NCBI GenBank assembly: GCA_965214845.1
Contig: CBDCCO010000007.1
Location: 1,137,030 to 1,201,029, forward strand
Origin: Vicinamibacterales bacterium
Lineage (GTDB): Bacteria > Acidobacteriota > Vicinamibacteria > Vicinamibacterales > UBA8438
Length of the DNA: 64,000 nucleotides
Direction: 5' to 3'
Made by a program: the position numbers and the translations under genes. Position 1 is the stretch's first letter. The number at the start of each line of letters is the position of its first letter. The notes beneath the pieces were generated by a model. The model saw only the letters and a list, made by a program, of their open reading frames with translations, had not been told where the DNA came from and did no database searches. Below are positions 27,181 to 37,488 of the stretch, in pieces.

Positions 27181-27212
27181 GCCGGGCGTCCCAACGCGTT
27201 GGGACGCCCGGC
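27181..27212. terminator. 32-nt perfect palindrome built around CCCAACGCGTTGGG (hairpin and/or operator)
   Basis: GCCGGGCGTCCCAACGCGTTGGGACGCCCGGC. It lies 13 nt after the stop of the methylase-helicase gene (27225) and ~100 nt upstream of the OMP gene start. Confidence 0.5.
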
Positions 27213-27224
27213 CGCTGAGGCGAG

Positions 27225-30200
27225 CTATCCGCCGGCCGCCAGCGGGTAGCGCTCGAGCACGCGCCCCAGGACGCCGGCGTCGGGGGCGAAGATGCGGGTC
27301 CGGTGCATGACCAGCTCCGTCCGGCACCCGAGCTGCTTGAGCAGCGCGAGCGAGCTGGCGTCCGGTCCCTCGACCTCGACTCGCACGCACCCCATGTGCC
27401 GCCGCCCGCGGATGCGCCAGCCCACCGCCAGGCGGAACGCCGCGCGGCCGCGGACGGCCTCGGCGTAGACCTCGGCGCCGCGCAGCCGCGGACCCGCCGC
27501 CCTGTCGAGCCCGAGCTGCGCGCGGAAGGCGATCGCCTCGTCCGCGGCGAGCGCGCGGCCGATCAGCCGCTCGCCCTCGTCGGTCGTCAGCCGGTAGACC
27601 TTCAGGTCCGTCTCGGCCAGCCGGTGCCAGATGGGCAGCAGCAGCCCGGTCACCAGCCAGAACCGCGACTCGCGGAAGCTCTCGGCGGCGCGGGCCGCCT
27701 CGGCGTCCCACGCCCGGCGCCACGCCGCCTCGGGAGCCTCGCGCCAGCGGGTCGCCGCCAGCGCCCTCTCCGCGATCGTCGTCCGCTCGACGGGCCGCAG
27801 CAGGCGCACCCGGGCCTCGACCGCGCCGTCGGCGAGCACCCCGGCCGGGGCGCGGACGGCCAGCGCGGCCCGCCGCGACTGGCGGTTGACCAGCAGCCGC
27901 GCCGGCCGCTTGTCCCACTCCTCCTCGCGGCGCCTGATGAGCAGCGCCTCGCCGGAGGTGAGCGGCCGCACCCTGTCGCGCCGCTCGATCTCGATGAGCG
28001 ACGTGTCCGACTCGGTCTCGGGGTGCGTGCAGGCGACCTCGCGGCCGGCCACCTTGAGGCTGTCGGCCGCGATCCGCTCGACGCCCTGCGTGAACGTCCC
28101 GGCGTCGACGGCCTGCTGGATGTTCGCCTCGAGCCGCGTCTCGAGCTCGCCGAACAGCTCGTTCTGCTCGCCGATCGGCAGCGCGAGCAGCCGGTTGAGG
28201 AAGACGGGCATCGGCGGCAGCCGCTCGAGCAGGCCGCCGGTGCGGTCGAGGATCCGCAGGCCCGTCACGGCGCAGAAGCGGCGGACCGGCCAGCCGGGGA
28301 CCTTCGAGTTGGCGACGGCCAGGTAGAACTGCCTCAGCGCGGCCAGCGCATAGGGCGACTCGAAGTTGTCGGCCGCGCGGAACAGCGACTTGTCGGCTCC
28401 CATCGCCGTCTGCGCGTCGCGCTGGCCGCGCGTGATCGCGCCGAGCGCGTCGAGCCGGCGGGCGATGGTCGAGATGAACCGGCGCTCGCCCCGCACGTCG
28501 GTCGTCACCGGCCGGAACAGCGGCGCCGAGGCCTGGTGCGTGCGGTGCGTGCGCCCGAGGCCCTGGATCGCCTGGTCGGCCCGCCAGCCGGCCTCGAGCA
28601 GGTAGTGCACGCGCCGCCGCGTGTTCCCGCAGCCGAGGTCGGCGTGGTAGCTGCGCCCGGTGTTGCCGGCGCCCGAGAAGACCAGGACCCGCTTGTCCCC
28701 GTTCATGAAGGCGTGCGTCTCGCGCCGGTTCGCCGAGCCGGCGCGCGGCCGCAGGGCGTGGCGCTCGCCCCGCTCGTCGGTCAGCTTGAGGACGCGCCGC
28801 GAGCGGCCCGTGATCTCGGCCACCGCCTCGTGGCCGAAGTGGTCGAGCAGGAGGTCGAGCGCCGAGCCGACCGGCGGCAGGGCGCCGAGCCGCTCGAGGA
28901 GCTCGTCGCGCATCCGCACCGCGTCCTCGGAGACGACCGGCTGGCCGTCCTCGCCGAAGACGGGGAACGTCTCCTCGTCCCCGGCGGCGTTCGTCACCGT
29001 CCGGTGCAGGGTCGTGGGGAAGGCGTGGCGCAGGTAGTCGAGGACGTACTCGCGCGGCGTCAGGTCGATGCGCAGGTCCTCCCACTCGTCGGCCGGCACC
29101 TCGGCCAGCCGGCGCTCGGTCAGCGCCTCGCCCGTCGAGACGATCTGGACGACCGCCGCGCGGTTCGCCTCGAGGTCCCGCTCGATCGCCCGGACGAGCG
29201 TCGGCGTCTTCATCGACGTCAGCAGGTGCCCGAAGAAGCGCTGCTTGGCCGCCTCGAACGCGCTGATGGCGGCCGCCTTGCTCTGCGCGCTGTTCGTCTC
29301 GCCGGCCTCGGTCACCCCGGTCGCCTCGAGCGCCTCCTCGATGTTGTCGTGGATGATCCGGAACGCGCCCGCGTACTCGTCCCAGATGGCGCGCTGCGCC
29401 GGCGTCAGCTCGTGCGTCAGGATGTCGATCTCGACGCCCTCGTAGGAGAGCGCCCGCGTCTGGTAGAGCCCGAAGGCCTTCAGGTCCCGGGCGACGATCT
29501 CGAGCGCGGCCACGCCGCCCTTGTCCATCGCCTCGACGAACTGCTCGCGTGTGGCGAACGGCGTGCGGGCGCTGGCCCACAGGCCGAGGCGCTGCGCGTA
29601 GGCCAGCCCCTCGAGCGAGCTGGCCCCGGTGGCCGACACGTAGACGACCCGCGCGTCGGGCAGCGCGTTCTGCAGCCTGAGCCCGGCCAGCCCCTGCTGC
29701 GACGGCGCGATCTTTCCGCGCCGGCCCTGGCCTCCCGCGGCGTTCTGCATCGCGTGGGCCTCGTCGAAGACGACGACGCCGTCGAAGGCGCGGCGCGCCG
29801 CCTCGCCGCTCCCGCCGGCCAGCCACTCGACGATCTGCTGCAGGCGCGCGCGGCCGCCGTTGCGCCCGGGCGAGCGCAGCGTGGCGTAGGTGGCGAAGAG
29901 GATCCCCTGCGAGCGGGGGACGGGGTCGCGCTGGCGCACCTTCGTCAGCTGGACGACGTCCTCGTCGCGGCCCCCGACGGCGCGCCAGTCGCGCCGCGCG
30001 TCCTCGATCAGCTTGTCGGACTGGCTGAGCCAGAGCGCCCGGCGCCGGCCGCGCAGCCACTGCTCGAGGACGATCCCGGCCACCTGGCGGCCCTTGCCGC
30101 AGCCGGTGCCGTCGCCCAGCATCCAGCCCTGCCGCAGCCGGACCGGCGGGCCCAGCCGCAGTCCGGCGTCGTCCATCGGGTCCGCCTCCGGCCCGCCGCC

Positions 30201-31751
30201 GGCCTCCTCGCCGGCGCGGGCCGCGGCCTCGGCGGCCGGCTCGTCCAGCCAGCGGACGTTCTCCCAGTTCTCGCTGATTTGGTACATGCCCCGCAGGTGC
30301 TCGCCGAGCGCCTCGCTGGCCAGCACCACGCTCTCGAGCTGCGCGTCCGAGAGCCGGCCCTCGGCGGCCAGGCTCACCGGCAGGCGCGGCCTCGCCCCGG
30401 GCGTGCGGTGCGGCACGGCCGCCATGGCCGCCGCCTCGACCAGCGCGGTCGGGTGGGCCTCGGCCCCGGGGACGATGACGGCCGCCGGGCGCCACGGCTG
30501 GTACGGGCGGTCGGCGGCCGTCCGCTCGGCCGCGCTCTCCGGCCGGCGCTCGGACGTGTAGTCGAGCTCGGCCGCCGGCCCCCACTCGTGCGGCCGCGCC
30601 TTGGCCGGGCGCCTGCCGGCGCCGTTCCGGCCGGCGCGGCCGGCGTGGCCGGCCATCGTCCGCCCGCGCGGGGCCTCGGCCGGCCCCAGGGGCTGGCGCG
30701 GCGGCAGCCGCTCGAGCACGGCGTCGAGCAGCTCGGCCGGCGAGCCGGCCGGCGGCGGGCCGGAGGCGCGCAGGCGGCGGCCCGGCCCCTCGGCCGGCCG
30801 TTCGATGACCGTCAGGCGGCTCTCGGCGGTCGTTCCGCGGCTGCGGTACAGGGCGCCGTCGAGCCGCAGGCTCAGCACGACGTCCGGCGCGGCGTGCGGG
30901 CCGCGGAAGACGCGGTTCCAGTGCCGGCCGCCCGGCTCGCACGCCGCGGAGGTGATGGCCACCAGGCGGCCGCCTGGCCGCAGCGCGGCGTAGGCCGCCC
31001 GGACGTGCATCGCGTCGGTGCCGAGGCGCATCCGCTCGGTCCCGGCGCTCCGCGAGAACGGCGGGTTCATGATCACGACCGAGGGCCGCACCTCGGGCAG
31101 CCGGTCGCGGATCTGCGCGGCGTCGTGGCGCGTCACCGGCTGGTCCGCGAACGTCCGGGCGAGCAGCCCGGCGCGGTCCGCCGCCAGCTCGTTGAGGACG
31201 AGCCGGCCGCCGGCCGCCGGGTCGAGGGCCGGGAGCGCCATCGCGGCCAGCGTCCCGGTCCCCGCCGACGGCTCGAGCACGGCGTCGCCGGGGCGCAGGC
31301 CCGCCGCCACGGCCGCGACCCAGGCGACGGCGAGCGGCGTCGAGAACTGCTGCAGCCGCACCTGGTGCTCGCTGCGCCGCGTCTGTGGCGGCTCGAGCCG
31401 CGCGATGCGCTCGACGCGCCGGAGCGCTGTGCGCGGGTCGCCCGCGTGGAGCCCGATGGCGCGGCCGTACTTGAGCAGCAGGAGCACGGCGGCGGTCTCG
31501 GCCGCCTCGTAGGCGTCCTTCCAGTCCCAGGCCCCGTCGGCGTCCCCGGCGCCGAAGGCCCGCTCGAGCGCCCGGCGCAGCGCGGACCGGTCGAGCCGGA
31601 CGCCGGCCTCGAGCAGCCCGGCGAGGTCCGCGCCGGCCCGCCAGATGCCGGCCGCCTTCGGCGTCGTGGCCGGGCGCCGGTGGCGCGCCAGGGCGCCGTC
31701 GGCCGCGTCGGCCGCCGCCGCCGGCTCCCCGCTTCTCGTCTGCAGGCTCAT
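27225..31751 (-). CDS. strawberry-notch-like helicase fused to an N-terminal N6-adenine DNA methyltransferase domain
   Basis: ~1508 aa from the ATG at 31751 (alternatives at 31763 and 31775). MTase: VLEPSAGTGTLA...VIMNPPFS. Helicase: GDGTGCGKGRQVAG (motif I), VVFDEAHAMQNA (DEAH). It has the long C-terminal region typical of ICE/plasmid Sno-like proteins. Confidence 0.85.
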   Translation of the reverse strand: MSLQTRSGEPAAAADAADGALARHRRPATTPKAAGIWRAGADLAGLLEAGVRLDRSALRRALERAFGAGDADGAWDWKDAYEAAETAAVLLLLKYGRAIGLHAGDPRTALRRVERIARLEPPQTRRSEHQVRLQQFSTPLAVAWVAAVAAGLRPGDAVLEPSAGTGTLAAMALPALDPAAGGRLVLNELAADRAGLLARTFADQPVTRHDAAQIRDRLPEVRPSVVIMNPPFSRSAGTERMRLGTDAMHVRAAYAALRPGGRLVAITSAACEPGGRHWNRVFRGPHAAPDVVLSLRLDGALYRSRGTTAESRLTVIERPAEGPGRRLRASGPPPAGSPAELLDAVLERLPPRQPLGPAEAPRGRTMAGHAGRAGRNGAGRRPAKARPHEWGPAAELDYTSERRPESAAERTAADRPYQPWRPAAVIVPGAEAHPTALVEAAAMAAVPHRTPGARPRLPVSLAAEGRLSDAQLESVVLASEALGEHLRGMYQISENWENVRWLDEPAAEAAARAGEEAGGGPEADPMDDAGLRLGPPVRLRQGWMLGDGTGCGKGRQVAGIVLEQWLRGRRRALWLSQSDKLIEDARRDWRAVGGRDEDVVQLTKVRQRDPVPRSQGILFATYATLRSPGRNGGRARLQQIVEWLAGGSGEAARRAFDGVVVFDEAHAMQNAAGGQGRRGKIAPSQQGLAGLRLQNALPDARVVYVSATGASSLEGLAYAQRLGLWASARTPFATREQFVEAMDKGGVAALEIVARDLKAFGLYQTRALSYEGVEIDILTHELTPAQRAIWDEYAGAFRIIHDNIEEALEATGVTEAGETNSAQSKAAAISAFEAAKQRFFGHLLTSMKTPTLVRAIERDLEANRAAVVQIVSTGEALTERRLAEVPADEWEDLRIDLTPREYVLDYLRHAFPTTLHRTVTNAAGDEETFPVFGEDGQPVVSEDAVRMRDELLERLGALPPVGSALDLLLDHFGHEAVAEITGRSRRVLKLTDERGERHALRPRAGSANRRETHAFMNGDKRVLVFSGAGNTGRSYHADLGCGNTRRRVHYLLEAGWRADQAIQGLGRTHRTHQASAPLFRPVTTDVRGERRFISTIARRLDALGAITRGQRDAQTAMGADKSLFRAADNFESPYALAALRQFYLAVANSKVPGWPVRRFCAVTGLRILDRTGGLLERLPPMPVFLNRLLALPIGEQNELFGELETRLEANIQQAVDAGTFTQGVERIAADSLKVAGREVACTHPETESDTSLIEIERRDRVRPLTSGEALLIRRREEEWDKRPARLLVNRQSRRAALAVRAPAGVLADGAVEARVRLLRPVERTTIAERALAATRWREAPEAAWRRAWDAEAARAAESFRESRFWLVTGLLLPIWHRLAETDLKVYRLTTDEGERLIGRALAADEAIAFRAQLGLDRAAGPRLRGAEVYAEAVRGRAAFRLAVGWRIRGRRHMGCVRVEVEGPDASSLALLKQLGCRTELVMHRTRIFAPDAGVLGRVLERYPLAAGG

Positions 31752-31878
31752 GTCCAGTCCCATCTCGAGTCTCATCTCGTTACGTATCCCGGACGCCGCC
31801 GGCGCCCGCCGCTCCGGACGGCTCCGGGCGGCAGGCGCCGCGGCCGCTGTGCCCCGGCCGCGTGGCCGGGCCCGCGGA

Positions 31879-34185
31879 TCAGGAGTCCTGCAGGAAGGCC
31901 GGCGCGGTCTCGGCCGGCGCCGGGTCGAAGCCGCCGCCGGCACCGTCGGCCGCCGCCGGCTCGGGCTCGTCCCCGGCGCCGGCGGCGGGGCCCGGCCGCG
32001 GGCCGCGCGGCGCGGGCGCCGCCGGGTCGAGCCCCCGCGTGTCGAACGCCCGGAAGCCGGGCGCCGTCCACGCCAGCGCGCGCTCGCGCTGCCCGGCGTC
32101 GAGGTCCGCCGGGCCGCTGCCGGCGGCGAAGGCCGCCTCGAGCGCCGCCGCCAGCTCCGCCTTCCGGTCGCCCGCGTGGGCGTCGGCCCAGGCGTCGCCG
32201 AGGACGGCGCGCGCCGCCGCCAGCGCGTTGGCCTTGGTGACCCGGCCCCAGAACGCCCGCGCCGTCGGGCGGAAGCCCCTGGCGAACGGCACGTCGAGCC
32301 GCGCGACGGTCTCCTCGAACGCGCCCACGGCCTCGGGCTCGAAGGCCAGCTGCGGCTTGAGCGTCCAGGCCACCGCGGCGGCGAAGACCCGCTGCCTGTC
32401 GGCGGTCCCCAGCGCGCGGAACGCCCGGAAGCGCTCGGCGCCCGTGCCGGCGTCCAGCCAGTCGAGCGGGAGGCCCGCGCGCAGCGCCTCGAGCGCCGCC
32501 GTGGTCTCGCCGAAGACCGCGTCGTTCTGCTCCTCGGTGCCGTGGAACGTCTTGGCCGCCGTCGCCGACGAGGCGATCTGCAGGCTCCCGCTGCCGGTGT
32601 AGAGGCTCGTCAGCACGGACTCGGCGAGCTGGAACGCCGCCAGGTCGAAGGCGGCCTCGAAGTCGCCGGCCAGCGCCAGCTTGACGAGCGACGTCCGCAC
32701 GACCTTCATGTCCTCGCCGAGCGCGCCGCCGAACCCGGCGGCGCCGCGCGCGTCCCGGGCGCGCTCCTCGAGCGTCGGCAGGCGCGTCGGCGGCTGGTAG
32801 TTGTCCGGCTCCCTGCCGGCCCCGTCCGCCCCGTCGGCCGGGCGCGCCGTCTCGCCGTCCGTCTCGCCGTCCGGCCGGGCCCCGCCGGCCCCGGCCTCCC
32901 CGGCGGGCGCACGGTCGCTGCGGGCGGGCATGTCCGCCGCGTCGGCCTCGCGCACCAGGCCGGCGTGCTTGAGGACCGAGCCGTCGTCGGCGACGGTGAT
33001 CAGCACGCCGGCGTGCTTCATCTGCGCCGGGTCGTAGACGGCGCGCTGTTCCTTGAGCCTGTCGAGCGCCCGGTCGGCGGCGTGGAGCGTGTGCAGCTCC
33101 TGGGCCAGGGCCGCCTGGCGCTCCTCGATCTCCTCGCCGGACGCGTCGCCGCCGCTGTCGGGCGCGTCCGGCTCGCCGGCGAGCTGCTCGGCGCGCTCGT
33201 GCAGCGTGTCGAGCTCCGCCTCGATAACGGCGATCCGCTCGACGAGCCTCGCGTGCTCCTCCTGCTCGCCGGCGGTCAGCGCCCCCGGGCGGCCCTCGAT
33301 CCGGCCGAACCCCTGCAGCTCGTGGTAGGGCACGGTCAGCGCCGCCTCGGCCCAGCCCCAGTCGCCGCGCAGCTCGTCGCGCACGGCCTCGAGCCGGGCC
33401 GTCGCCAGCTCGTCCACGATCCGGACGTCGGTCAGGAACGTGTCGTCGTCGCCCTTGGCGAACAGGTCGCGCTCGATGCGGCCGCCGGCCTGCTGGTAGG
33501 CCTCGAGTCCGACGAGGCGCGCGCGCGCGTGGCTCGCCGCCAGGTGCTCGCGGAGCATCTCGCCGCGGATCCACCCGGGGTGCGGGCTGCCGTAGCCCTG
33601 ACGGCAGTGGTTCCAGACGTCGAGCTGGCGGCTCGTGTCGGCGCTGGCGGCGAACGCCATCAGCGCCTCGGTCTCCAGCTCGCCGCGCGTGGCGGCCGCG
33701 AGGATCTCCTCGTGGACGTCGGCCAGGCGCAGGTACTGCTCGACGGTGCGGGCCGTGGTCCCGAACCGCTCGGCGATGGCCGCCGGGCTCGCCCCGTCCT
33801 CGGTCAGCCGGCGGAAGGCCTCGTACCGGTCGACCGGGTGCATCGGCGCCCGCACCGTGTTCTCGGCCAGCGACACCTCGCGGTCGGCGGCCTTCGGCCC
33901 CGCCTGGATCCGGCACGGCACGGCGAAGCCGGCCGCGATCGTGCCCCTGGCGGCCAGGTCCCGGAGCGCCCGCAGGCGGCGCCCGCCGGCCACCACCGCG
34001 TAGCGCGGCTCGCTGGCCTTCGCGCGCGCGTTGCGGCGCACGACCAGGCTCGAGAGCACGCCGTGGGCGGCGATCGACGCCATCAGCTCGTCGTGCTCGC
34101 GCCCCTCGGCCGGGAGCCGGCGGGCGTTCGTCTTCGCCGGCTCCAGCTCGCTCAGCGGGATCATCTCGATCTCGTGGTTCTGCAT
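31879..34185 (-). CDS. large ParB-like nuclease/partition-family protein
   Basis: ATG at 34185 with GAGAGGAA upstream. MQNHEIEMIPLSELEPAKTNARR...VVAGGRRLRALRDL...SLAENTVRAPMHPVD...IAERFGTTARTVEQYLRLA is a ParB N-domain plus HTH. The extension is ~500 aa long. Confidence 0.8.
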   Translation of the reverse strand: MQNHEIEMIPLSELEPAKTNARRLPAEGREHDELMASIAAHGVLSSLVVRRNARAKASEPRYAVVAGGRRLRALRDLAARGTIAAGFAVPCRIQAGPKAADREVSLAENTVRAPMHPVDRYEAFRRLTEDGASPAAIAERFGTTARTVEQYLRLADVHEEILAAATRGELETEALMAFAASADTSRQLDVWNHCRQGYGSPHPGWIRGEMLREHLAASHARARLVGLEAYQQAGGRIERDLFAKGDDDTFLTDVRIVDELATARLEAVRDELRGDWGWAEAALTVPYHELQGFGRIEGRPGALTAGEQEEHARLVERIAVIEAELDTLHERAEQLAGEPDAPDSGGDASGEEIEERQAALAQELHTLHAADRALDRLKEQRAVYDPAQMKHAGVLITVADDGSVLKHAGLVREADAADMPARSDRAPAGEAGAGGARPDGETDGETARPADGADGAGREPDNYQPPTRLPTLEERARDARGAAGFGGALGEDMKVVRTSLVKLALAGDFEAAFDLAAFQLAESVLTSLYTGSGSLQIASSATAAKTFHGTEEQNDAVFGETTAALEALRAGLPLDWLDAGTGAERFRAFRALGTADRQRVFAAAVAWTLKPQLAFEPEAVGAFEETVARLDVPFARGFRPTARAFWGRVTKANALAAARAVLGDAWADAHAGDRKAELAAALEAAFAAGSGPADLDAGQRERALAWTAPGFRAFDTRGLDPAAPAPRGPRPGPAAGAGDEPEPAAADGAGGGFDPAPAETAPAFLQDS

Positions 34186-34279
34186 CTGTTGTTCCTCTCG
34201 TGTTGCGGCTGTGTCGCGCACGCCGCCCGGCGTCCGGGCGGCGCCGTCCCAACGTGGCCAATTCGCGTGCTGCGGTCCT

Positions 34280-35071
34280 CTAGGCCGTCCGCGCGGCGGA
34301 GGCTACCAGGCGGGCGGCGGTTACCAGCCGGGGGCGGATGCCCGTGGCCGGGGCCGCCGGCGCGGCGGGCCGGCCGCGGCGCCCGCGCCGCTTCGGGCGG
34401 CCGGGCGCCGCGGCGAAGCGCCACTGCTCGATGGCCAGGCGCATCTGGGCCACGTGGCCGGGCGAGGCCCCCGAGCGCTCGTAGCGCGCGAGGATCGCCG
34501 CGAAGGCGGCCGTCAGGTCCTCGTCGAGCAGCGCGGCCAGCCTGGCGAGCTGCGTCCTGTCGCCCGGGCCGCCGTCGTGGCGGTAGACCAGGACCGGCGG
34601 CCCGATGGGGGTCACGCGCCACGCGCGCCAGTGCCGCGTCCCGTCGGCCTCGCGGTCGACCGCGACCAGCACGCCGCCGACGGGCAGCTCGACGAGCCGC
34701 CCGCCGTGGCTTGCCCAGCCGTCGGGCGACTCGGCCGCGGGCAGCTCCTGCCGGAGGCGGACGCCGTGGACGGCCAGCGCGCCCGGGTCGTCGGTCACGT
34801 GCTCGAGCAGTACCAGGTACCGCGCCGGCAGCCGGTCGGCCGGGATGTAGCGCATCCTCCGCGACGTGCGCGCCGTCACGGCGCGCGCATCGGCCGGCCT
34901 CGGGGTGCACGCGGGCAGGCCTCCGGGCAGGACGCCCGGCTCGGCCCCGGGGTCGAGCTCGACCCGCAGCAGCTCGCGGCCGGACCACCGCGCCGGGTCC
35001 GGGGCATAGCCCGGCGGGTACGGTTCCGGGCGCTCGCCGAACGGTACGTAGCTGATCTCGGCGCTCTGCAT
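34280..35071 (-). CDS. hypothetical protein
   Basis: Internal ATG at 35071: MQSAEISYVPFGERPEPYPPGYAPDPARWSGRELLRVELDPG...RHWRAWRVTPIGPPVLVYRHDGGPGDRTQLARLAALLDEDLTAAFAAILARYERSG. No family recognised. Confidence 0.5.
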   Translation of the reverse strand: MQSAEISYVPFGERPEPYPPGYAPDPARWSGRELLRVELDPGAEPGVLPGGLPACTPRPADARAVTARTSRRMRYIPADRLPARYLVLLEHVTDDPGALAVHGVRLRQELPAAESPDGWASHGGRLVELPVGGVLVAVDREADGTRHWRAWRVTPIGPPVLVYRHDGGPGDRTQLARLAALLDEDLTAAFAAILARYERSGASPGHVAQMRLAIEQWRFAAAPGRPKRRGRRGRPAAPAAPATGIRPRLVTAARLVASAARTA

Positions 35072-35357
35072 CGCTGCCTCCCTGCCGGCCTTGCCGCCGG
35101 CGCTGTCGTTTCCGCCGCCTGCCGCCCCGAGGCTCCCCGGGCGCACGGCGCCCCGCGCCGCCTGTCGGTGGTCTGCGGGCGCGCCGCGCCCGGCGCCGGG
35201 GTGGTCTGGGGGTGCGGGCCTCTGCCCGCTGGGTCGTGGGTCCGTCAGCGGCTCTGCCGCGCGTCCGGGGACGTCTCAGGCGCAAGCCTGCCCGCGTTCG
35301 CCCGCGCTTGGCGGGCCGTGAGGCGTCGTTGCCGCTTCCCTATTCTCGCCTTTCAGG

Positions 35358-35413
35358 ACCTCCCCCCGTGGTCCGTGTCCCTCTGCGCGCCGCCTCCGGG
35401 CGGCGCGCCGGGG
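35358..35413. promoter_or_regulatory. conserved intergenic element, copy 2
   Basis: ACCTCCCCCCGTGGTCCGTGTCCCTCTGCGCGCCGCCTCCGGGCGGCGCGCCGGGG. It aligns with 3481-3533, sharing the same C-rich box and a GC hairpin (GCGCGCCG/CGGCGCGC). Confidence 0.4.
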
Positions 35414-35521
35414 CCGATGGCCCGTGCGCGTTTCGTGGGGGCGGCCGCCGGCCGCGTCCGTTCCGGTTCAGGTGGGGCCGGTCGCTTGGCCGATGCGCAA
35501 GGAAGGTGGTGAGCGGCGAGG

Positions 35522-35842
35522 ATGGCGTGCGGGATTCGGTTCGCGGCGGCGGCCCTGGTGGCGGTTGCCGCCAGCCTCGCGCTGAGCGGTCCCCGGCTCT
35601 CCGGCAGCGTGATGTTCGCCGGCCGGGTCCCGTGGGACGCCATGGCGGTGCTCGTCCTGGTGGGGTCCGTCTGTGCCGGCGCTGTCTACGCGGCTCCTGC
35701 GCGGCCGGGCGTGCTCGTCGTGCTGGCCGGGCTGGGTTGCCTTTCGCTCGGGTCGACGAGCCAGCTTTTCCTGTTGGCAGGAGTCGTCCTGCTGCTCGTT
35801 GCGGCGGCCGATGCCGGGTTGCAGGCTGCGGCCGGTCCGTGA
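35522..35842 (+). CDS. possible small membrane protein
   Basis: 106 aa with three hydrophobic segments and a weak RBS. It lies just left of the IS5/IS1182 element. Confidence 0.35.
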   Translation: MACGIRFAAAALVAVAASLALSGPRLSGSVMFAGRVPWDAMAVLVLVGSVCAGAVYAAPARPGVLVVLAGLGCLSLGSTSQLFLLAGVVLLLVAAADAGLQAAAGP

Positions 35843-35881
35843 ACGGGGTGGTTCCCGGGATGCGTGGCAGTGGCTGCGGCT

Positions 35882-37488
35882 AGGAGTCTGCGCCGCAGAA
35901 AATCGGTGCGACAATCATAGGCGAGCACTCGACGCTGGAAGGACTTGATGTCGACGACGTTTCGCCCCTACTCGCCGGACCAGTCGCTGCTGCTGCCACC
36001 GGACGTGCGGGAGTGGCTGCCGGAAGGCCACTTGGCGCACCACGTCAGCGATCTGGTGGACGGTTTGGATCTGACGGCATTCTACGCCCCGTATGAGGGA
36101 GACGGTCGTCGCAACGCCCCGTATGACCCGCGGATGATGGTGAAGGTGCTGCTCTACGCGTATGCGACGGGGGTGTTCTCGTCGCGTGGGATCGCCCGGG
36201 CGCTGGAAGAGGACGTGGCGTTCCGGGTGTTGGCGGCGGGCAACTTTCCGCAGCACCGGACGCTGTGCGAATTTCGGCGCCGGCACTTGGAGGACTTCCA
36301 GGCGCTGTTCGTGGAGGTGGTGCGTCTGGCGCAGGAGTTGGGTCTGGCTCGCCTCGGCAAGCTGTCGGTCGACGGGACGAAGGTGCGTGCGAACGCGAGC
36401 AAGCGCAAGGCGATGAGCTACGACCGGATGGCGGAGGCGGAACGGCGTCTGGAAGGCGAGGTCGCGGCGCTGTTGCGCCAGGCGGACGAGACCGACGAGA
36501 CCGAGGATGCGTGCTTGGGCGCCGAGGTTCGGGGCGATGAGTTGCCGGCGGAGTTGCGTCGGCGGGAGGCGCGTCTGGCAGCGATCCGGGCGGCGAAGGC
36601 GCGGTTGGAAGCGGCGGCTCGGGCGGCGGACGACGCGCGGGGTCGGCAACCTGGGCAGGACCGGAACCCGAAGGGCGGGCGGCCGTACAAGCGGGCGTAT
36701 GGCGAGCCGGACGAGAAGGCGCAGAGCAACTTCACGGACCCGGAAAGCTCGATCATGATGACGAGCAACGAGGGCTTCCAGCAGTGCTACAACGCGCAGG
36801 TGGCGGTGGACGCCGAGCACCAGTTGGTGGTGGCAACGGGTCTGACGGCGAACGCGAGCGACCAGGGTGAGTTGCCGGTGTTGCTCGACACGGTCAACGA
36901 GACGCTTGACGCGCAGCCGGCGACGGTGCTGGCCGACGCGGGGTACTGCAACGAGCGAGACTTGACGGACCTGGAACGGCGGGGCGTTGACGGGTATGTG
37001 GCGGCGGGCCGGGAGGGCAAGCAGGCGGTTACCCGCAATCTGGAGGAACATCCGGCGACGGGTCGGATGATAGACAAGCTGAAGACGAAGGCGGGCCGGG
37101 CGGTGTATGCGCAGCGCAAGTGGTTGTCGGAGGCTCCCAACGGCTGGATCAAGCACGTGCTGGGCTTCCGGCGCTTCAGCCTGCGTGGACTGGCGAAGGC
37201 GCGGTGCGAGTGGGACCTGGTGTGCCTGGCGCTCAACGTCAAGCGCCTGCACGTGCTGAAGGCGACGTAGAGGGCGGGGCATGAGGCTCGCAACGGCGAC
37301 AAATCGACGCGGATCGCGGCCTCTGGCGGGCCATGTGGCCCGTGATGACCGATTTTCGCCTTCGGTTCGTCAACGGCCGCAAAATCTACCGCGCCCTGCC
37401 GACCGACACCGTTGCCCCGGCACGTGACTCAGGTCGTGAACTCACGACCCTTTCGTGCCGCAAATCTCCTGCGGCGCAGACTCCTAGC
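35882..37488 (+). mobile_element. IS5/IS1182-family insertion sequence
   Basis: 19-bp perfect terminal inverted repeats: CTAGGAGTCTGCGCCGCAG at 35882-35900 and its reverse complement at 37470-37488. CTAG is a possible target duplication but is ambiguous because it is palindromic. Confidence 0.8.
35945..37270 (+). CDS. IS5/IS1182-family transposase
   Basis: 441 aa: ...APYDPRMMVKVLLYAYATGVFSSRGIARALEEDVAFRVLAAGNFPQHRTLCEFRRRHL...LSVDGTKVRANAS...VLADAGYCNE... This is a DUF772-type N-terminus plus a DDE domain. Confidence 0.85.
   Translation: MMSTTFRPYSPDQSLLLPPDVREWLPEGHLAHHVSDLVDGLDLTAFYAPYEGDGRRNAPYDPRMMVKVLLYAYATGVFSSRGIARALEEDVAFRVLAAGNFPQHRTLCEFRRRHLEDFQALFVEVVRLAQELGLARLGKLSVDGTKVRANASKRKAMSYDRMAEAERRLEGEVAALLRQADETDETEDACLGAEVRGDELPAELRRREARLAAIRAAKARLEAAARAADDARGRQPGQDRNPKGGRPYKRAYGEPDEKAQSNFTDPESSIMMTSNEGFQQCYNAQVAVDAEHQLVVATGLTANASDQGELPVLLDTVNETLDAQPATVLADAGYCNERDLTDLERRGVDGYVAAGREGKQAVTRNLEEHPATGRMIDKLKTKAGRAVYAQRKWLSEAPNGWIKHVLGFRRFSLRGLAKARCEWDLVCLALNVKRLHVLKAT

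Noticed and set aside
27181-27212. Interpreting all CCAACGCGTTGG sites as rho-independent terminators
   Set aside because: Most copies are bare 12-14-bp palindromes with no loop and no U-tract, and several sit in promoter regions. Only the extended 32-nt version is hairpin-like, so I prefer a protein-binding interpretation for the family.
25384-30942. 1852-aa ORF on the minus strand, the largest in the track
   Set aside because: It is extremely Arg/Gly/Pro/Ala-rich with no motifs. It runs off-frame over the well-supported methylase-helicase gene (27225..31751) and antisense to the Sel1 gene. This is the typical long spurious ORF of ~70% GC DNA. The same reasoning applies to 8893..12225, 9732..12305, 14919..17999, 27303..32240, 31645..35055, 42067..45153 (except its last 193 codons) and similar ORFs.
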